This document shows, piece after piece, positions 58,146 to 64,000 of a stretch of 64,000 nt of DNA (positions within the stretch are counted from its first letter, which is position 1; every line of letters starts with the position of its first letter). Position numbers and translations under genes: made by a program. The stretch is from assembly GCF_018977255.1 (NCBI RefSeq), contig NW_024704747.1, positions 30,690,001 to 30,754,000 on the forward strand, written 5' to 3'. The notes below the pieces were generated by a model, which had not been told where the DNA came from, made no database searches, and was given only the letters and a program-made list of their open reading frames with translations. This DNA comes from Callorhinchus milii (Eukaryota).

Positions 58146-59856
58146 ATATCCTTGACTGTCCAGGCTTTGGGATATCCTCCCGACATGAAAGACGCTATAC
58201 AAATGTAACTTGTTGTTGTAGGCAAATACATTGTGCTGGATCTTCAGCTCAATCTCACAGTGTTTTGTGCTGTTAGTTGATTGTTTTACTGACCCACTGC
58301 AGCACAAATTGATTCAATTTGGGTTCTCAACCATAACATATAAATGTGATCTAGGCTTTTAGATTAATTAATTATTTATTTTGACAAAAACAGACATGTT
58401 AAAATGTCTGTGTGTGTGTCTCTGTGGGTGTGAGGGAGGGAGGAAGGAGTTATTCTCATGCAGAATTGCAGGGAAATGGACTTTTATTGTGAAAGGTGCT
58501 CCCATCAACTTGTCTTGTCAGTCACTGGTTGAAAGAATGGGATGGAGTGGTGTTATCTCCATCATATTACTGTATAGCTCCAATGACGCCTGTTCTGCTA
58601 TGAGAACAGCAATCTTACACCAACATGGTCAAAGGTCAACTTGATTTTGTTACGTTAGTGCTTGTACAAGCTATACAGTTAATGCCACACTGGCTTACTC
58701 TAGCTGTTTCCTTTGTGAGTAATATCCCGTATACGCATTGAAGCATTTCGAGCTTGTGATCAGAGACAGAGTCCTGTCATTAACACCAGAAATGAATATA
58801 GCGTCTCCTGGGTCACATTGCAAAGAAAAAAACGTGAAGAGAAACACAAATCAAAATATCACATTGATATAATTTCTTGATCTCAAGCATTTCTGCAGAA
58901 CACTGGTTAACCCATCCCAATCTTTTTGGAGATAATCAACAACAACAACTTATATTTATATAGCACCCTTCATCACGCAGCCCAGCGTCTCAGAATCTTC
59001 TCCTTAATCATGCACTTAATCCAGACCTTGCCCATTTTCATCAGATCACTTAATAGATATTAATAGACAAACATTTCAGAAGATTTGCAAGAATGGATTT
59101 CAATATTGTGTGAGTGTAATTTGTAGTTGTGTTGATCATGTGAAACGATGGTCAGAGAAATTATCTTAATTGTCTAATGGTGACTTGTTATCAGAGCTGA
59201 AGATAGACTTTCCAAGTTTAATCTGGACATTTGTACTTTGTTGACTTGAATCATCACTATACATTAATTATATTCATTTGTGTTTAATTTAAATAAAATT
59301 ATTGACTTATAACTCTTTTTATGTTTTCGGACACCAAGATAAACCGACTCACAGACAGGATGTTCTGTTTCAGAAATCTTTTATAGCAATGTGCGTGCTA
59401 CAGAAAGATATTTTACTGATCCAGGGAACAGCGTAACTTGTATTTCTTTCTCTTTCTTGTGTCTTCTTATTTCTTTGTCTTCTATCTTCTAAAAGGCTGT
59501 TCCAAAGAGCAACAGTGACAACAGCTACACTTATACCCACTTGCTAGCTTAACCTTTCCTTCAATTCATGAGCTGGTTTATCTCACAACAACAACAACTT
59601 GGATTTATACAGCGCCCTCCATGCCGGACGGCATTTCACAAAAACCATCCCAATAAAACATTCCTTCAATACCAGACTACATCTTGATCACATTGGTAAA
59701 AGTAGGACTTGGATAAGGAAACGCAGCTTGCACTGATAATAACTAGATAACGAGATAACGAAGCTCAATTTTCTCCAATTATGGGCCAAGGGTGTCCCAT
59801 TATAACTCACTAACATGATTTCTCTCTTCGACTTCTTGCCCAAGACATGGACACGC

Positions 59857-60030
59857 AAACAGACAGAGACATACACACACACACCCCGAGAGAGATACAG
59901 TGACAGACAGAGAGACACACACAGACAAAGAGATACAGAGAGACACACAGACAGAGATAGACACAGACAGAGATACAGAGACAAAGACACAGACAGAGAG
60001 ATACAGAGACACACATTGACAAGAGAGAGA
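59857..60030. repeat. (GA/CA)-rich compound microsatellite
   Basis: Visible in sequence. Confidence 0.85.
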
Positions 60031-60487
60031 TACCTGATTGTTGGCTGTATTATTGTTTTAAAGTTCGCCTATTTAAAGTTTGCATTGTAATCAAAATAAA
60101 GTGAAACTGAGCAGTTACCCAATTGAAAATTAAGGATTTCTGTATGTTTTTTTATGGGTTATGTTTCTTGAAGGAAACAAAGATATTGTTTGCGAGACCA
60201 GCTGACATATCTCAAGTCCATTGATGACCCTCTACAGCCAAAAGGTTAGACAATGCCCAGCCTTGTCTAGGAGCTCAAAGCCCATCCCAGTGGTTGGAAA
60301 TCATAGCCCACATCTCCGAGGTGAGACGACAAACATCACTATTACTAAATATACACATTAAATACATTTCCTGGTAATGCACATCAGAAATGGTCAGAAA
60401 TTTAATTTAAACATATCCTCATATCTTCTACCCTTCTACCCTCAGGCGGTGACAGCATCAGCATCCAAGGCTGCACTCGCCACCTCT

Positions 60488-61332
60488 CAAAGCCGGTCAG
60501 GAACCTCAGGGTTCTGTTCAACCCTGAGCTGTCCTTTCTCCATCATATCCGCACCACAACTGGCACCGCCTTCCATCACCTCCGGAACATCGCCAGCCTA
60601 CGGCACTACCTCACCCCTCACGCTGCTGAAACTCTGGTCCACGTCTTTATCACCTCAAGGCTGGACTATGGGAACTCTCTCCTCACCGGCCTTCCCGGCC
60701 CTCCCTCCACACTGCAGGTCATTCAGAACTCTGCAGCTCGTGTACTGTCCCGCACCAGGCTTCGCGACCACATCACTCCCACCCTAACCCTCCCCCTCAC
60801 TCCCACCCTCGCTCGCCTCCACTGGCTTCCCATCCCCCAGAGGATCAAATTCAAGATCCTCATCCTCACCTACAAGGCCATTCATGGCCTTGCATCCTCC
60901 TACCTCGCCGACCTCTCCGACCTACTATCCCCCCACGTACCTGCCCGTACCCTCCATTCCTCTGGCTCCGGTCTGCTCCACATCCCCCTCCCCAACTGCC
61001 CTACCATCTGTGGCCGGGCCTTCAGCCTCTCAGCCCCGAGGCTCTGGAACTCCATCCCCCAGTGCCTTCGCCGCTTCCTCCCTTTTCTCCTTCAAGGCCG
61101 GTCTCAAGACCTTTCTCTTTGACTGTACCTTCAGCTCCCCTCTCGACTCTCTACCCCCTCTTCGCTCCCTCCCTTCCCTCCCCTCACCCTGACCATTCCC
61201 CCCCTCCTCGTTCCCTCTCTTCCCTCCCCTCACCCTGACCATTTCCCCCCTGCTCAGGTCCCGACCCAATTGTCCAGCGCCTTGGGTCATCCTCCCGACG
61301 TGAAAGGCGCCCTAAAATGAAATCTTGTTGTT
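60488..61332 (+). mobile_element. L2-clade LINE 3' fragment
   Basis: Homologous to 10925-11670 (VRNL.VLF...LHWLPIPQRIKFKILILTYKA), with tail. Confidence 0.88.
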
Positions 61333-62439
61333 CTCTTTCATAAATGAGGAAAATGTGTTCGCAATTTAACAATACAGAGCTTGAGTCAGCACATACTCAA
61401 ATGTGGGGAAGTGTACAGAAATATTTGCTGCCCACATCCATGTCTGAATAAATTAAGTAAATCTGCTTTCCCCCACTTTAGCCACAGAAAAAAATCATTT
61501 TTTTATTTCAAATTTCTAGTTATTTCTACATTATTATTTAAAAAAAGTTAAAAATACCATCATTCGATTAGATTTTTTCCCCGAGCTGCAGTTTTAGTCA
61601 AATCTTGCCTCAAAATCTCTGTAAAGTTGGTCATGAGAGTAGTACAGTAATGACTGTGCATTTTTGTAGGTAAATATTACGACCAATTTGCGTACAGCAA
61701 TGTCTCACAAACAGCCATGAAGTGACTGGCCAATTTTATTCGGGCAATTGTTAGCCGTGAAAGGTAAAGGGGAAGCAATCCTGATGGAAGGATAAACAAG
61801 TGCACCCAGAATGCAGATCGCAAGGTATTCTCCAAACTAGATTGCGTCACATCACATTGGAATTTACCCAAACCTTTCCTCACAATGTTCATAATGAAAC
61901 AGAAAGTGTTATATGAATCCATGACTTCTGTATTTTATGGTTTCCCCTCAAGACGAAGTCACACAAATTGTTAAAATAAAATAATAGTTTTGGAGGAAGC
62001 TACAAACATTAAATTGGTTAAAAACTATAACTTGGGAAGTAATGTTTCGGATCTTCCCAGGGGTGTAGAAAAGGTCAAAAAGCAAGTTTCTATAAGTTTA
62101 TATCTCCTTATTGTACTATTGCCATTTAATTAGTGTTTATGCAAACTCTAAATAATTCTCTAATTCAACTTCCCTAAGCATCAATTTCCAGAAATCTCAA
62201 GAAAAATGATGAGAGTTTTTGCTGAGTGACTGAGTCAGACACAGTTGGGGACAAGTCCATGTTGGTTGCAGTTCCACTGAAGGGTGCGGTTCAGTGATCA
62301 GCTCCAGAGAGAGGCAGAGACACCGCGAGCTGGAAGGTGACAGACACTTGGCAGAGCCAATCCAGACTGTCTCAGGCTCCCCCTCAGCAGCTCCAGAGCC
62401 TGGCAGCCGAGAGGGAGATAGTGAGGTACAGACACTCAC

Positions 62440-62613
62440 ATAGACACAGATACCGAGTGGCACAGACACACACACACACACAGATACCAAGTGGCACAGA
62501 CACAGCCACCGAGTGGCACAGACACACACACACACACAGATACCAAGTGGCACAGACACACACACACAGAGCCACAGACACAGCCACCGAGTGGCACAGA
62601 CACTCACACACAG
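62440..62613. repeat. Minisatellite: five accRagtggcacagaca cores with variable (CA)n spacers, just upstream of the LY75 ATG
   Basis: Cores near 62452, 62486, 62508, 62542, 62586. Confidence 0.88.
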
Positions 62614-62633
62614 AGCTCCACCTGACCTGCGGG

Positions 62634-62727
62634 ATGGATGGCTGGAGACACAGACCCAGTGCCGCTCGGGCTCTGCTGTGTTTGCTCACAGCACTGTCCG
62701 GGGAGGTTACAGTTGGCATCAGTACAG
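62634..62727 (+). CDS. LY75: Probable first coding exon (signal peptide) of LY75/DEC-205; rest of gene outside window
   Basis: gggATGG Kozak; MDGWRHRPSAARALLCLLTALSGEVTVGIST resembles a signal peptide; CAG|gtgaga phase-1 donor. Identity rests on PLA2R1-LY75 synteny, not on domain sequence. Confidence 0.62.
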
Positions 62728-64000
62728 GTGAGAGATGGTGGTGCTGAGGACAGTCAGTGGCAGTATGTTGTGTCCTTGTGTTGTGTTGTGTTGTGTGTGT
62801 GTGAGGTCAGGCAGTTTGTTTATTTGAATCGCTGTAAACATGTCAGATACTTGTTATCAGACTCCTCGCCATCACATCTGAGCAGCAGTTTGTGTTATTG
62901 GGTTATGGCTCTGATGTCTGTGGCTGAAGGGTTATGGTTTGAGCTGATAGTGTAGTTGTTTATATTCTGTGCTGATTGATGCAAACAAGACAGTTTGTAC
63001 ACAGCACGTACCTGTTTGCTTGGTGTCATGTGCTGTGCTGCTTTGGTTCATTTTAAGAAAATAAAACTCATGCTCTTAATTGTTTAAATGTATTTTTTTT
63101 CCCCGTTCTCCCATTTTATTGGAATCTTCTCCCATTTGGAGGTTGATCGCCCCCTCACTCCCTCTCCCCTCAGCTTTCTCTACTTGAGAAAGAATAACCT
63201 CCTGCAGACAGCTGACTAACTCACTAACTACCTGCTATAAATGTTCTCACTGATGTGAATGGGGACCAGAGGCCAACATTCCTGGTTTAATGATTACTTT
63301 GGGGTTTATGGATAGTCACTATATTGCTTCCAGATGAAGCTGCAGTAGATAAGGGTTCGGGACTGTGACCCTGCACTGTGATGTATAAAAGCTGATCACA
63401 TCCAGTGCACTGGTTGATGATCTTATCTCTATTCTGTGCTGATTTACTGATGTTCACCTAATGGGGGAAAAAGTAACATATTAAATGGTGTGACCCAACA
63501 AACTGGCCCATGTGCAATAACGTTCTTGAAACTATTTTCCTTTTCTAAATACTAGCTTAAATTTGAGTATGTTATAGAGTAAAACCTTGCATGGCATATC
63601 AGTTGGGACCATACATTTAATATGTCTGACGCAAAGTATGACTTATGTCAAATTTTAAAGAATATAAACTCTTGAATGGGACTTGGGCAGATGTACCACT
63701 TAGGCCATTATACTATTTATAAATATTAGACTTATGTGACTTCTGCTGTACCAATATTTGTTGCAAACTGACTTTTCACCACATTCACCACTAATGTTTT
63801 TGGTAATGTGACCATAATTTCTCTGAAAGTTAAAATATTTAGGTCTGCAATTGTCCATTTACTTCAATACCACTTCGGAGATTTACAAGGTATTTTGGGT
63901 ATAAAAGTAGTCTGGCATTGGGAGTACTGTACCTCCATATTGGTAACAATCTACAGTGAAACTAAATGGTAAAAAAAAGTTCATTTTGAAGAAAATTATT

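Noticed and set aside
62440-62613. Repeat-spacer pattern resembling a CRISPR array
   Set aside because: Vertebrate DNA, spacers are (CA)n rather than unique, and there are no cas genes; it is a minisatellite.

Overview
Vertebrate (eukaryotic, intron-containing) genomic DNA. The repeat content (CR1 and L2 LINEs, a Deu-domain SINE, a Penelope-type inverted element) and compact introns suggest a cartilaginous fish, possibly a chimaera; this taxon call is an inference. Three genes lie head-to-tail on the + strand in the ITGB6-PLA2R1-LY75 order known from other vertebrates. (1) The last 12 coding exons of integrin beta-6 (358-19906; the 5' exons are outside the window). (2) A complete 30-exon PLA2R1 (24292-50800, 4485 nt joined, 1494 aa: CysR, FNII, 8 CTLDs, TM, tail). 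(3) A probable signal-peptide first exon of LY75/DEC-205 (62634-62727). I traced all exon boundaries by hand through GT/AG sites and phases. Introns and intergenic DNA hold many copies of a tRNA-Ala-derived SINE with an L2-like tail, L2 and CR1 fragments (some nested), micro/minisatellites and two N gaps. I see no clearly new multi-gene system. The best leads are a 230-bp palindromic insertion with a 14-bp TSD and hammerhead-ribozyme cores, unusual substitutions in the ITGB6 metal-ion loops, a PLA2R1 exon without a normal YAG acceptor, a SINE subfamily carrying the L2 stem-loop, and an in-register SINE-into-SINE insertion. Comparisons with human proteins are from memory and need an alignment to confirm.
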